Shown: positions 20,581 to 31,127, numbered from the stretch's first letter. The stretch is DNA of 64,000 nt from Alphaproteobacteria bacterium (GCA_031549385.1 JAVBPW010000005.1:1-64000); one strand, 5' to 3'. A program made the numbers and translations. The notes: generated from the letters alone by a model not told the origin.

Positions 20581-21900
20581 ATGGGTACAATGTATTCGTA
20601 TAAAAAATATGATAAAGATAGAAACATTGGTTTCTTTCAAAGAGTTTGGAATTTTTTACAAAGAAAATTTCCAACTCGTCCAGTAATTAGCTATAAGAAA
20701 GGTGTAGTAACACAAAGACAGATTACTACTCGAGCTCAGTTAACATTTATAATTTTGACTACTTTATTTATTGGGTGGTCTTTTTATTCTTCTTATATGT
20801 TCTTAGGATATCGTCCGCTTTTAAAATCTGCTGATGAAAAGGTGGCTAAAGCTGAAGCTCAATATAGCAAAATTTTACAAGAAATTGTTGCTTATAAAGA
20901 TAATGTTTCAACTCTTAATGATAGATTAGATAAATCCAATACTGCATTATTAGAAAAATTAGAAAAGAATAGTACTATTTCAAAAGAAGACAAATATAAA
21001 ATGGTTAAGAATCATCAAATGCTTACTGCTGAACTTGACTATGTTAATAAGAAATTATCTCAATTCGCATCTGAACAAAAATTTGCTGATATTAATGCTA
21101 ACAGTGATTACTATAAATCTAAGAATATGGAAATCCAACGTGATATAGCTTGGCAAGAAAGAGCTCAAGTTAAAAAGCGTAATGCAGAACTTGAAGATGC
21201 TCTTGTTGTTATGTTAGAAGCAAATAGAAACCTTTTTGATAAAATTGAAGTTCTTGCAACTAACGAACTTGGAAAGTTGGAAAAAGATTTTTCTAAGATT
21301 AAAAGAACTATGGATAGTTTAGGGTTGTCTAATAAAAAAACTCTTCTTAAGAAATTAGAAAAAGAAGAATATGTTGGTGGTCCATTTATTCCATTAGAAG
21401 AAAAAGAATTAAAAAATTATGAGCTGAATGGAAAATATCAGGATTTAACTGAAAAGGTAAATTTATGGGAAGGGTTGTCTAAATTGAAAGGTGTATTGCC
21501 TTTGGGAAGCCCAGTTTCTAATTCAAGAATTACATCTTCTTATGGTGTTAGACGTGATCCATTTACAGGGCAAAGTGCATCTCACCAAGGAATTGATTTT
21601 GCTGGTCAAATTGGAACACCTCTTACTTCTGTTAATAATGGAATTGTAAAGAAAGTTGGTAATCGTGGAGCATATGGAAATGTGGTTGAAATTGATCATG
21701 GTATGGGATTTACTACTTTGTTTGCTCATTTAGAAAGAGCTGCTGTTAAAGTTAATGATGTTGTAAGAGAAGGTCAAATTATTGGTTATGCTGGTAATAC
21801 AGGAAGGTCTACTGGTCCTCATTTGCATTATGAAATAAGATATAATGGAAATCCAATCAATCCTTATAACTTCTATATGACAAAATTTGAAAGTAAATAA
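20581..21900 (+). CDS. M23 family peptidase with coiled-coil and N-terminal TM
   Basis: HQGID, HGMGFTTLFAHL, GRSTGPHLHYE. Confidence 0.92.
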   Translation: MGTMYSYKKYDKDRNIGFFQRVWNFLQRKFPTRPVISYKKGVVTQRQITTRAQLTFIILTTLFIGWSFYSSYMFLGYRPLLKSADEKVAKAEAQYSKILQEIVAYKDNVSTLNDRLDKSNTALLEKLEKNSTISKEDKYKMVKNHQMLTAELDYVNKKLSQFASEQKFADINANSDYYKSKNMEIQRDIAWQERAQVKKRNAELEDALVVMLEANRNLFDKIEVLATNELGKLEKDFSKIKRTMDSLGLSNKKTLLKKLEKEEYVGGPFIPLEEKELKNYELNGKYQDLTEKVNLWEGLSKLKGVLPLGSPVSNSRITSSYGVRRDPFTGQSASHQGIDFAGQIGTPLTSVNNGIVKKVGNRGAYGNVVEIDHGMGFTTLFAHLERAAVKVNDVVREGQIIGYAGNTGRSTGPHLHYEIRYNGNPINPYNFYMTKFESK

Positions 21901-21917
21901 AATTAAAAGGTAAATTA

Positions 21918-22247
21918 ATGTTTGAGAAAAAAGTTATTCTAAATCCATCTATTATTAATACTGGAATGAAGGTTGAAGGTGATGTTTCTTTTGACGGTGA
22001 ACTTAATGTAGATGGAGTTATAAATGGTGACGTTGAAGCTCAAGCTATTATCATTGGTGTTAATGGAAAAATAAACGGTAAAGTTAAAGCCCGCGATGTG
22101 CAAGTTTATGGTGTTGTTGAAGGTGCTATTTTTGCTGATACTGTTTTTCTATCAAGTACTGCTCGTGTTGTTGGAAATATTATGCATAAAGTTCTTGAGA
22201 CTGAATTTGGGGCGTATGTGGAAGGCGATTTAAGGAAAAAATCTTAA
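21918..22247 (+). CDS. Bactofilin (polymer-forming cytoskeletal protein)
   Basis: VEGDV...VDGVINGDV...VYGVVEGAI repeats; canonical position after an M23 gene. Confidence 0.9.
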   Translation: MFEKKVILNPSIINTGMKVEGDVSFDGELNVDGVINGDVEAQAIIIGVNGKINGKVKARDVQVYGVVEGAIFADTVFLSSTARVVGNIMHKVLETEFGAYVEGDLRKKS

Positions 22248-22371
22248 AACTTCATATAATTTACTGCAAACAAAAAGAGTTAAAAAGTTGCTTCACAATC
22301 ACGTATGTTTAATACGCTCATGTGAAGACAATTTTCAACTTTTTCGTTTTCCCTAAATTCTTTGAAGTTTT
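22246..22371. repeat. Palindromic intergenic element, copy 2
   Basis: Same core as 13683-13813; outer arms differ but remain complementary. Confidence 0.85.
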
Positions 22372-22473
22372 TTTTAATTATGAGGACTTTTAAAATAGTA
22401 TTAATTAATTTTAAAACTTTCTTTTAACTTTATTATTTGATATAATGTTTTATAAGTAAACTTGGAGGGGATT

Positions 22474-22905
22474 ATGAAGATTTCTATTGCTTCTGATTAT
22501 AAAGCTTTTGATTTGAAAGAAAAAGTTGCTATGTATTTAGCTTCTAAACAAGTTGATTTCATTGATTGTGGTTGTTTTAATACTGACGTTAATGATTATA
22601 TGGATTTTGGAAAAATTGCTGTTGAAAATGTTTTAAAGAAAAAATCTGATTTAGCTATTTTAATGTGCTTTAATGGTTATGGTATGTGTATTTATGCTAA
22701 TCGATTTAAGGGTATAAGAGGTATAATTGCTCGCAGTCAATGGGATGCTGAAGTTGGAAGACAATATGATGATTCTAATGTTTTATGTTTAGGTTCTGGA
22801 GTTACTTCTATAAAAGATGCAAAAAAAATTATTGATACTTTTTTGAAAATAAAATTTGAATCTAATGAAAGACGATTACGAAGAAATAAGAAATTAGATA
22901 AATAA
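22474..22905 (+). CDS. rpiB: Ribose-5-phosphate isomerase B family
   Basis: MKISIASD, DYMD, LMCFNGYGMCIYANRFKGIR, SNVLCLG; several active-site residues diverge. Confidence 0.8.
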   Translation: MKISIASDYKAFDLKEKVAMYLASKQVDFIDCGCFNTDVNDYMDFGKIAVENVLKKKSDLAILMCFNGYGMCIYANRFKGIRGIIARSQWDAEVGRQYDDSNVLCLGSGVTSIKDAKKIIDTFLKIKFESNERRLRRNKKLDK

Positions 22906-22944
22906 AAAAAGCTCTTCAATGAAGAGCTTTTTATTTGTTATATT

Positions 22945-23313
22945 TTATTTTACTATTTTTATAGTTTTTACATCTACCTCAGTTCCTGAAGAATTCCATA
23001 AATCTTTATCAATTTCTCCTGTGATTTCTGTATTGTCATTTGGAGTTACTACTGTGCCTTTCCATACATCATTATCTATTTCAACTGTCATACTTCCTGT
23101 TTTGTCTGTAAAAGTATATTTGTCGTTTTTGATTTTCTTTTCTATTTTACCTTGCATTAAAACATATGTTTCATCTTTCATTTTTTTTGCTTCAATTACA
23201 GTTGTTGGGCTTTTTTCTGATGGACCTTTGAAGCCTCCATTGTCTACAAATTGTGCAATTGCACTTGTTGAAGCTAATGTTGCAATGATTGTGAATATGG
23301 TTAATTTTTTCAT
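22945..23313 (-). CDS. YgiW/YdeI-family OB-fold periplasmic protein
   Basis: Signal peptide, GGFKGP, YTFTDKTGSMTVEID, ITGEIDKD. Confidence 0.88.
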   Translation of the reverse strand: MKKLTIFTIIATLASTSAIAQFVDNGGFKGPSEKSPTTVIEAKKMKDETYVLMQGKIEKKIKNDKYTFTDKTGSMTVEIDNDVWKGTVVTPNDNTEITGEIDKDLWNSSGTEVDVKTIKIVK

Positions 23314-23368
23314 CTTGTCTCCTTTTGTTATATATTTAGTATAGTAAAAAATGTTGTTTTTTCAAGGT

Positions 23369-24547
23369 TTACTCGTCAGAGGTTGTTATAACCATATCTT
23401 TATGAATGTAGATGCTTTGCATTAAACCTAGACCAAACATTAAACTGATTAATGATGATCCTCCATAGGTGATTAATGGAAGCGGCACTCCTACAACTGG
23501 GATTACTCCCATTACCATTGCTAGATTTATAAATACATACAAAAATAAATTTAAATTAAGCCCAAATCCAAGTAATGAGCCAAATCGTGAACGTGTTCTT
23601 AAAATTATGTAATGTCCTGTGGAAAGCATTACTACATAAACTAGTATCAAAAATACACTTCCTAGGAATCCAAATTCTTCTGCATAGGTTGTGAATATAA
23701 AGTCAGTGTGTTTTTCTGGTAAGAAGTTTAAATTTGCTTGTGAACCGTTTAAAAATCCTTTTCCTGTAAATCCCCCTGAACCTAGGGCTATTTTTGATTG
23801 GTTGATGTGGTATGAAGCTCCAGCTGTATCTTGAGATGGATTTATAAATGTTAAAACTCTTTCTTTTTGATATGGCTTTAGACCGACTTCCCAAAGAAGT
23901 GGGAGTGATATTAATCCTATTAAAATAGCTTTTTTAAATCTTGCAACTGGAATCCCTGATACGAATAACATTCCTGAACCTAAGATTAAAAGCATTAATG
24001 CTGTTCCTAAATCTGGTTGTTTTAAAACTAGTGCAACTGGAATGAAGATTATAGCGCCTGAAATTAAAAGTGCATTCATTCCTTTTACTTCAGAACCTGA
24101 GATGAATGAATAGTATTTTGCTAATGCTAATACTAATGCTATTTTAATGAATTCTGAGGGTTGAAAAACAAAGATACCTAAGTTTATCCAACGTTGAGCT
24201 CCCATTCCTGTGTGACCTATGATATCAACAAGAAGTAAAGTGAAGAGAGTGGCTATAAATATTGGATAGGCATATTTAACCCAAACTTTTATGTTTACTA
24301 ATGCTGTTACTAAGAAAACTATTACTGCGAGAGCTACTTTATATAATTGCTTTAAAGCAAATGGATGCCATGAGCCATATTTGAATGTACAAGCTTCAAG
24401 GGCTGAACAATCTTCATATCCTACGGCATATAACATTGAAATACTTATGAACAAAAGTATTGCAGTGCAACCAAGGAGTATCCAATTGAAAGATTTAATC
24501 TTTTCAAATAATGTTAAGTTAACGCTTCTTGTGTACCCAGTGCTCAT
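23369..24547 (-). CDS. rodA: Rod shape-determining protein RodA
   Basis: GAQRWI, QPSEF, QPDLGTA, LPEKHTDFIF, YGGSS; follows mrdA. Confidence 0.95.
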   Translation of the reverse strand: MSTGYTRSVNLTLFEKIKSFNWILLGCTAILLFISISMLYAVGYEDCSALEACTFKYGSWHPFALKQLYKVALAVIVFLVTALVNIKVWVKYAYPIFIATLFTLLLVDIIGHTGMGAQRWINLGIFVFQPSEFIKIALVLALAKYYSFISGSEVKGMNALLISGAIIFIPVALVLKQPDLGTALMLLILGSGMLFVSGIPVARFKKAILIGLISLPLLWEVGLKPYQKERVLTFINPSQDTAGASYHINQSKIALGSGGFTGKGFLNGSQANLNFLPEKHTDFIFTTYAEEFGFLGSVFLILVYVVMLSTGHYIILRTRSRFGSLLGFGLNLNLFLYVFINLAMVMGVIPVVGVPLPLITYGGSSLISLMFGLGLMQSIYIHKDMVITTSDE

Positions 24548-26367
24548 GAATATAACTCCAATGCTTTTTTAAGAATACTTGAGCCCATTGCTGCTGCTAT
24601 TGTTCCTGATCTGCCATGTTCTACTACTACTGATACTGCAAATCTTGGATTTATGTATGGAGCATAGCCTACAAATAATGCGTGGTTTCTTAACATATAT
24701 TGTAATTGTTCTTGGTTTAGTTTCCCTGTTTTTCTTTCTGATTCTGTAATTCTTCTTACTTGTGTTGTTCCTGTCTTTCCAGCAATTTGCATGCCTTTAT
24801 AGTTAAAACCATAATAAGATGCAGTTCCACCTTTATTCATAACACCATACATTCCTTCATAAATTGTTTTTAAATATTTTGGATCTACATTTAAATCTTT
24901 GAAGTTAAATGGTTTTGAAGATTGAATTATTCTTGGTGTAATTGCTTTTTGCCCATTTGCTAAACGTGCTGTCATTTGGGCTAGTTGAATTGGTGTACAC
25001 AAAGTGTAGCCTTGTCCAATTGCTGTTATAATTGTGTCTGATGGATACCATTGTTCGCCTAATCTTTTTGCTTTCCAAATTTGACCTGGGAAAATACCGT
25101 CTTTTTCGTTTAATAAATCTAAATCAGTTTTAACAGATAAACCAAATTTTAATGCTGTTCTTTCTATGTTATCTATACCTAGCTCCAGTGCTAGTTTGTA
25201 AAAATATACGTCACAGGAATTTGCTATTGCTTCTGTCATATTTTGCCAACCATGGCCTTCTTTATCTCTCCAGCAGTGGTATTTGTGATTTCCAAATATA
25301 AAGTGTCCAGGGCAATGAACTTTCTTTTCAGGAGTGATTATTTTATTTTCTAAAGCTGACAAAGCTGTTATAACTTTTAAAGTTGAACCTGGAGCGTATT
25401 GTCCTGAAATAGCTTTATTTATCAATGGTTTATATTCGTCTTCTTGTAATTTCTTATATTCATCTTTTGATGTTTTACTTCCCTCAAATATTGATAAATC
25501 ATATTCAGGGAATGAAGTCATACTTAATATTTCACCTGTGTTTACATCCATTAAAATTGCTGCACCTGATTTTTCTGTTATGATGCTTGATGTGTGTTCT
25601 TGAAGTCTTTGGTCAATTGTTAGTTTTATGTTTTTTCCAGGAACTGCTAATCTTTCTTCTTCTTCAACTGTATGAACTGTTCGACCATATGCGTTTACAA
25701 GTTGGTAAGATTCACCTGGAGTTCCGCGTAGCATTTCATCGAATTGTTTTTCTAGTCCAGTTTTTCCTATTTTAAAATTTGGAAGCTTTTCAAGGAATAA
25801 ATCTTTTTGACCTAAATCACTTTTTTCAGCTTTTGATACGTAGCCTATTAAATGACAGCCTAGTTTTTTTTGTGGATAGTATCTGATTGTTTCTTCTTCT
25901 ACAAAAACTCCTGGTAAATTTAGATGATTTGATTCTAATTTAGCCATTTGATCCCAGTTCAAATCTTCTTGAATTAAAACTGGTAGAAACTTTTTTTGAT
26001 TTTCTATATCAGATAGTACAGTTTGTAAGTCAGACTGTTGCAATTTTAAATAACTTGATAAATCTCTTAAAACTTGAGTTAAAGAATGATCTTCGTTTTT
26101 AATTGTTTCTTCTGCTATGATATAGGCAAAATATTTTCTTTGATTTGATGCCATTACTATATCATTACGGTCATAAATAACTCCACGTGGTGGAATTATG
26201 AAGCGTATTCTTAATGAGTTTTTATCTGATTGTTTTTTGTATTTTTTATAGTCTATTACTTGAAGTTTGAATAGTTTGATAATTAAATAAAATAACGCAA
26301 ACAGTTTTACACCTGTTATTATAAATGTTCGTCTGTTAAAGGTTTTTATTAATTCGTTATCTATCAT
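24544..26367 (-). CDS. mrdA: Penicillin-binding protein 2
   Basis: PPRGVIYDRN, PGSTLK, SCDVYFY, AGKTGT. Confidence 0.95.
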   Translation of the reverse strand: MIDNELIKTFNRRTFIITGVKLFALFYLIIKLFKLQVIDYKKYKKQSDKNSLRIRFIIPPRGVIYDRNDIVMASNQRKYFAYIIAEETIKNEDHSLTQVLRDLSSYLKLQQSDLQTVLSDIENQKKFLPVLIQEDLNWDQMAKLESNHLNLPGVFVEEETIRYYPQKKLGCHLIGYVSKAEKSDLGQKDLFLEKLPNFKIGKTGLEKQFDEMLRGTPGESYQLVNAYGRTVHTVEEEERLAVPGKNIKLTIDQRLQEHTSSIITEKSGAAILMDVNTGEILSMTSFPEYDLSIFEGSKTSKDEYKKLQEDEYKPLINKAISGQYAPGSTLKVITALSALENKIITPEKKVHCPGHFIFGNHKYHCWRDKEGHGWQNMTEAIANSCDVYFYKLALELGIDNIERTALKFGLSVKTDLDLLNEKDGIFPGQIWKAKRLGEQWYPSDTIITAIGQGYTLCTPIQLAQMTARLANGQKAITPRIIQSSKPFNFKDLNVDPKYLKTIYEGMYGVMNKGGTASYYGFNYKGMQIAGKTGTTQVRRITESERKTGKLNQEQLQYMLRNHALFVGYAPYINPRFAVSVVVEHGRSGTIAAAMGSSILKKALELYS

Positions 26368-26842
26368 CTTTTATATACTTTAACTTAAGGTTGTTGAAAA
26401 AGAAAGCACACACTACAAATAATATTGTGTATGTAAATGGTTTGAAATATATCCAATTTGATACGTGTTTCCCCCAAAATAGTTCCAAAACTAAATTTTT
26501 TGATAATACAAATAATAATATAAATACAAAGAATAAAAGGTATAGTTGGTAAATTTCTTTTTCAAAAGACAATACTTTTTGTTTTTGAGCCAAATAAAAT
26601 AATGGTAGTGTTACAACAGTATTTAAGAAGAATATTGGTGAAAAGCTGTCTGATAATAATGAAAATATTGTTACTGCTCCGAATCCGACTATTGATGGAG
26701 TGAAAAAGAAAAAGTAAAATAATGGAAGCAAATAAAGATCTGTTAAATAGTCTGATAAAAATGAAAATTGTAAAAACAAAAAGATTACCACGTATGGTAA
26801 AAAAGTGAGATTCTTTTTAAATTCTACTTTTTTCTTTTTCAT
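26357..26842 (-). CDS. mreD: Probable MreD (divergent)
   Basis: Multi-TM 161-aa protein between mreC and mrdA; called on position. Confidence 0.65.
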   Translation of the reverse strand: MKKKKVEFKKNLTFLPYVVIFLFLQFSFLSDYLTDLYLLPLFYFFFFTPSIVGFGAVTIFSLLSDSFSPIFFLNTVVTLPLFYLAQKQKVLSFEKEIYQLYLLFFVFILLFVLSKNLVLELFWGKHVSNWIYFKPFTYTILFVVCAFFFNNLKLKYIKDDR

Positions 26843-26848
26843 TTAGAT

Positions 26849-27670
26849 CTATTTTCCTTTGAACGTTTCTGTGATTACTTCTATATAAGTTACATCTTTT
26901 AATTCAATATATAACTCGACTTGAAATCTTTTTGCGTTTTTAATTGTTCCTATCAAAATATTTGGAGGAAAATTTTGATTCATTCCATTAGACATTACTA
27001 TGTCTCCATCTTGGATGTCAGCTTTAGATTCCATGTTATATAAAACTGCGCCTTTATTGTTGTTTCCTTTTATAAAACCTCTGAAACTTGTTCTTGGAAT
27101 GACTATATCTGTTTTAAAATTCGAATCGGAAACTAATAAAACTCTTGATGATGATTTGAATGTTTCTATGATTTGTCCAAATAGGTATCCGTTTGCTAGT
27201 ACTACTTGTTGTTCTTTTACTCCATCTTCTTCGCCTAAATCAATTAAAACTGTTTTAAAATATGCATCTTGAGAATCGAATAAAATTTTTCCAAACTTCT
27301 TTGAATATTTTATTTCTTTAAAATAGCCTAACTGTCTTTTTAAGCTTTCATTTTCATAGACTATTGTTTGTAAGGTTTCGATTTCATTTTCTTTGTCTTT
27401 AATTGTTTGAGCTAACTTTTCATTTTCTTTATTTACTGATTTTAATGTTCTAAATCTGATACTTTCATTCTTTACAAATGTTACTGGGTATGAGATTACA
27501 TTGAAAACTGCTGTTGTGCCTTTTGCTATTCCTGTGCCTAGGCTTGAAAATGAAGATACATCAACTACTCTAATTATTACCACTAAGAAAGCAATTAAGA
27601 AAATAACAAGAATCCAACTTCTTTTTAAAAATCTTAAAAATTGCCTTTTTTGAAATGGTTTTATCATCAT
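26849..27670 (-). CDS. mreC: Rod shape-determining protein MreC
   Basis: TM, coiled coil (ENEKL...ENESLKRQL), IDLGEEDGV, SRVLLVSD, FPPNILIG. Confidence 0.9.
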   Translation of the reverse strand: MMIKPFQKRQFLRFLKRSWILVIFLIAFLVVIIRVVDVSSFSSLGTGIAKGTTAVFNVISYPVTFVKNESIRFRTLKSVNKENEKLAQTIKDKENEIETLQTIVYENESLKRQLGYFKEIKYSKKFGKILFDSQDAYFKTVLIDLGEEDGVKEQQVVLANGYLFGQIIETFKSSSRVLLVSDSNFKTDIVIPRTSFRGFIKGNNNKGAVLYNMESKADIQDGDIVMSNGMNQNFPPNILIGTIKNAKRFQVELYIELKDVTYIEVITETFKGK

Positions 27671-27681
27671 GAGCGTTTCTC

Positions 27682-28386
27682 TTATTCTTCTATTAACATT
27701 CTTTTTGTATCTCTTAAATCTAGTCTTTTAAACTTTTTATTTAAGATGTCTGTTTTTATTTGTAATGTGTTTAGTTTTTCTATTGCTAATAATGGGGTAG
27801 ATTGTGGCAACATTACTATTTTTCCATCTTGTAGAATAAGATTATATCTGCGGTTTTCTACTTTTTCTATTTGAAATATATAGGGTAGTATTGCAGGGCT
27901 TTTTTTAACTTTGTCAAATATAGGAAGGAAGTGAACTTGAGCTCCATTTCCAGATACTATTATTAGATTTTTTGTATCATCGTAAGTTGTTCTTTGAGGA
28001 ATTACTTCGCCTTTTTCGTCAACTGGATATAAAAGTCCGTTTTCTTGGAATAGGGCTATTACATTTTTTTCTTTTATTGTTACTTCAATTGAGTTTGGGA
28101 ATTGTTTTTTTACTACTACATCTCTTGCAAAGGGAAGGTCTGATAAATTTTTATTGGCAGTTTTAATATCATATCCTAAAACAGTCGAATCTTTACTTAG
28201 AGCTATTAAAGACATTATTTCTTGAGATGTTATGTTCTTTAATCTTGAGACTATTTTAACTTCTTTTATATTAGAATTTAAAATAGTGTATCTTACCGCA
28301 ATAATTGAAAAAAAGAAAAGTAATGAAAGTAGCAAAAATAATAGCAATATTTTTATTTTTTCAAAAATACTTCTTAGATTTATCAT
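27682..28386 (-). CDS. ftsQ: Cell division protein FtsQ/DivIB
   Basis: TM, POTRA (LPFARDVVVKKQFPNSIEVTIKE), RRYNL, LDLRD. Confidence 0.85.
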   Translation of the reverse strand: MINLRSIFEKIKILLLFLLLSLLFFFSIIAVRYTILNSNIKEVKIVSRLKNITSQEIMSLIALSKDSTVLGYDIKTANKNLSDLPFARDVVVKKQFPNSIEVTIKEKNVIALFQENGLLYPVDEKGEVIPQRTTYDDTKNLIIVSGNGAQVHFLPIFDKVKKSPAILPYIFQIEKVENRRYNLILQDGKIVMLPQSTPLLAIEKLNTLQIKTDILNKKFKRLDLRDTKRMLIEE

Positions 28387-29624
28387 TACTTATATATCGC
28401 TATGTTTGCTTGTGGGGTTAATATAATTAATTTATCAGACAAACAAACTGGTTCTATTAATGTTGTATTGCCTAAATATTTTTTCTTTACCACTTTTCCA
28501 GAATTTGTTGAAAATTCATAAACATAGTAATCATTTCCTATTGCTAATAGTTTGTCATTGACTAAGCAAAGGTCAGAAAATGTAATAGGGTTCTTTTTAG
28601 ATTTGTTAAATACAGATAAATCATTTTCCCAAATTGTTGCGCCTGTATCTTTATTTAAAGCCATCAAATTGTTTGATGTTGTTAATGTAAAGATAGTATT
28701 TCCTGATACAATTGGGGTTTTAATAGAAGATATTTCTTTTTTCCATAAAACTTTACCTGATGTTATATTGTATTTTGCCATTAGATTTCCGAGTCCTGAT
28801 ACATATAAATTTTTGTCATCAAATACAGGAGAGGCTACTATATTTTTTTCATACATTCCTGTTCTTGCTAAATTTGTTGAGTAGTTTTTTGCTCCCCAAA
28901 TTAATGTGCCTGTTTCTTTCTTTAATAAATATACGCTTCCTGATGACATGCCTATTACAATGTCTTGACCTTTTATTGATGGGGAAGATGAAAGAGGGTG
29001 GCCTAGTGATTCACCTATGCCTTTAAATGAAAATATTTTCTTTCCTTCTTTTTGTGAAAGTGAAAATATGTCGTTTGATGTTGTTTGAATATATATGTTT
29101 TTATCATCTGCTATCGGAGCTGATTTTATTTGTCCTGGAATTTGTTGTTGCCAAAGAGCTTTTCCATCTTGAGGGTTTATAGCAAAAACTTTACCATTAC
29201 CAAGAGTTACAAATAAAATATCTTTACTCATAACAAGACCACCTGATTTAAAATCATCTTTTGCTTTACAAAGTTTTTCAGTCCATAAGATTTTGAAAGT
29301 ATTTAAATCTGTAGCTGTTAGCTTTGCATGAGCGTCTATTGTATATAAGATATTATTTACAACCAATGGAGGTGCCATAATTATATTTAAATCCTTGTCA
29401 GCAGAACCGTATGATTTTTCAAATACGTTTTTGTATTCGTAATTTGCAGCTATATTTGGTTTTGCATGAGAGTTCTTGTAATGGAGTGTTTCATATGTGT
29501 CTGTCTGAACTGGTGCATATATGCTTACCAAAGGGTTCTTTGATTCAGGTTCGGAATTAAAAATTTCCTTGTTTGATGAACAGGAAATTAATAATAAACA
29601 AAAAATATATACTAATCTTTTCAT
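28386..29624 (-). CDS. bamB: BamB-like PQQ beta-propeller lipoprotein
   Basis: Lipobox LLISC; repeated G-x-x-L/I-W propeller motifs; follows yfgM. Confidence 0.8.
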   Translation of the reverse strand: MKRLVYIFCLLLISCSSNKEIFNSEPESKNPLVSIYAPVQTDTYETLHYKNSHAKPNIAANYEYKNVFEKSYGSADKDLNIIMAPPLVVNNILYTIDAHAKLTATDLNTFKILWTEKLCKAKDDFKSGGLVMSKDILFVTLGNGKVFAINPQDGKALWQQQIPGQIKSAPIADDKNIYIQTTSNDIFSLSQKEGKKIFSFKGIGESLGHPLSSSPSIKGQDIVIGMSSGSVYLLKKETGTLIWGAKNYSTNLARTGMYEKNIVASPVFDDKNLYVSGLGNLMAKYNITSGKVLWKKEISSIKTPIVSGNTIFTLTTSNNLMALNKDTGATIWENDLSVFNKSKKNPITFSDLCLVNDKLLAIGNDYYVYEFSTNSGKVVKKKYLGNTTLIEPVCLSDKLIILTPQANIAIYK

Positions 29625-30307
29625 TATTTTATTGTTGTTAATGCGTTAAAAGAAAATGTTCTTATGTCAGCTGGAGCTTCATCATCATTTGCTATTTTTT
29701 CAAAGATTTCTTTTGCTTTTGCTGTGTCGTTATTTTTCAAACAAATAAGCCCAAATAAATTATTTGCAGAATAATAAAATGGTGATGATTTCTTTAAAAC
29801 TGGTGATAGTAAATCTTGAGCTGAGGCTACATCCATTTTGTCTGCTGTTAAGAAGCCTAGTTTTAAAATTGCTAAATCTCTTAATTCTTTTTGATCAATT
29901 TTTTTAGTTGCTTCTTTTAAGATTTCTTCTGCTTTTGCTACATTGTTTTTTGTTAGTTCCATGTCTGCTAGTTTGAAGTATGCAACAGCTTGATATCCGT
30001 ATTTTCCGTCTTTTGCAAGCTCTTCAAGTTTTTCAGTCATTTGAGTAGCATTTAATAGAACACTTTGTGAAGATGCTTCTTGATAAATTGCAGCTTCTTT
30101 CATTTGTTGTTTTGCTCTTAAATTTCCAATTACTTGGCTGATTAAAACACCACCTAGTAATACAACTGCGATTATTCCAAAAAGTTTTCCCCATTTTTTA
30201 AGAAAAACCATAGTTTTTTCATGTCTTACTTCGTCCATAACTTCCATATATAGACCGTCTTGTTCTCTTTCCATTAATGATTTTCTTGTTTTGATTTTTT
30301 TTGCCAT
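29624..30307 (-). CDS. YfgM-like TPR membrane protein
   Basis: EVMDEVRHE...KKWG, TM segment, TPR-like helices. Confidence 0.8.
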   Translation of the reverse strand: MAKKIKTRKSLMEREQDGLYMEVMDEVRHEKTMVFLKKWGKLFGIIAVVLLGGVLISQVIGNLRAKQQMKEAAIYQEASSQSVLLNATQMTEKLEELAKDGKYGYQAVAYFKLADMELTKNNVAKAEEILKEATKKIDQKELRDLAILKLGFLTADKMDVASAQDLLSPVLKKSSPFYYSANNLFGLICLKNNDTAKAKEIFEKIANDDEAPADIRTFSFNALTTIK

Positions 30308-30425
30308 TTGTACGTCCTCTTATTTATTTGATTTTATTGAGGAGAGGATAGCAATTTAAATACGTAAAATCAATAGAAAATTAAGGTTTTTTTGAGGTTA
30401 TATTTTTCTGTTTACTAAAATTTAA

Positions 30426-30508
30426 TTGACAAAATGGTTATAAAAAGCTAGTTTGGTTTTTATTATTAATAATTCAAAAATAAATAATCAAAACTTAAAT
30501 ATAAAAAA
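30426..30508 (+). promoter_or_regulatory. Cassette promoter/leader (variant)
   Basis: TTGACA-N17-TAGTTT; AAACTTAAA at 30491; no SD. Confidence 0.65.
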
Positions 30509-30814
30509 ATGAAATTAGAATTAGTTGCGTCGGTAGTGCCTGACCAATCTAAGGGATTTTATGACTTACTTGGAAATATTGTAAAAGAGTATGACGTAGA
30601 AGTTCCTGATGAGTATATAGGGAAGGCTGCTTTTTTAATGTGTTGCAATAAAAAACTGATTGAAATCAGTGAGAAAATTGCTTATAAAGATACGTCTAAA
30701 TTAAGACCTTATGTTAAGACTGCAAAAGTCGATTTGGAGCTTAAGCTTTATACGCATGATGGGATTTATTTGGCTGGGATATCAAGAGATTTAACAGATG
30801 AATTATTTTTTTGA
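30509..30814 (+). CDS. Orphan protein (cassette)
   Basis: 101-aa ORF; distantly similar to the next ORF. Confidence 0.72.
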   Translation: MKLELVASVVPDQSKGFYDLLGNIVKEYDVEVPDEYIGKAAFLMCCNKKLIEISEKIAYKDTSKLRPYVKTAKVDLELKLYTHDGIYLAGISRDLTDELFF

Positions 30815-30816
30815 AT

Positions 30817-31104
30817 ATGAAGCTGAGTTTAGTCATTGGTGCGCAAAAGCAGGTAACAGAAAAAATGTGTTCCATTATAAATTCTATATTGGAAATACAT
30901 GGCGAAAAGGAAACTCCTGATAGTTTTGAAGGAGAAGACCTTAAGAGCTATATAATGGAAGTTGTTATGATTGAGATTGTTGTGGAATTTAATAATCTTA
31001 TTTCAGAACAAGATTCTAATGAACTTGGAGATGGTTTGATTTATTTTTATCTTTATGATGAAGATAATAGAATAGTAGATGAAACCACTGTGTCATTAAA
31101 ATGA
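30817..31104 (+). CDS. Orphan acidic protein, probable paralog of upstream ORF
   Basis: MKLSLV... start; hairpin 31104-31122 abuts the stop codon. Confidence 0.7.
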   Translation: MKLSLVIGAQKQVTEKMCSIINSILEIHGEKETPDSFEGEDLKSYIMEVVMIEIVVEFNNLISEQDSNELGDGLIYFYLYDEDNRIVDETTVSLK

Positions 31105-31127
31105 AAGCCCGAAAGGGCTTTTATTTT

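Noticed and set aside
22919-23344. 141-aa plus-strand ORF
   Set aside because: Antisense shadow of the YgiW/YdeI gene.
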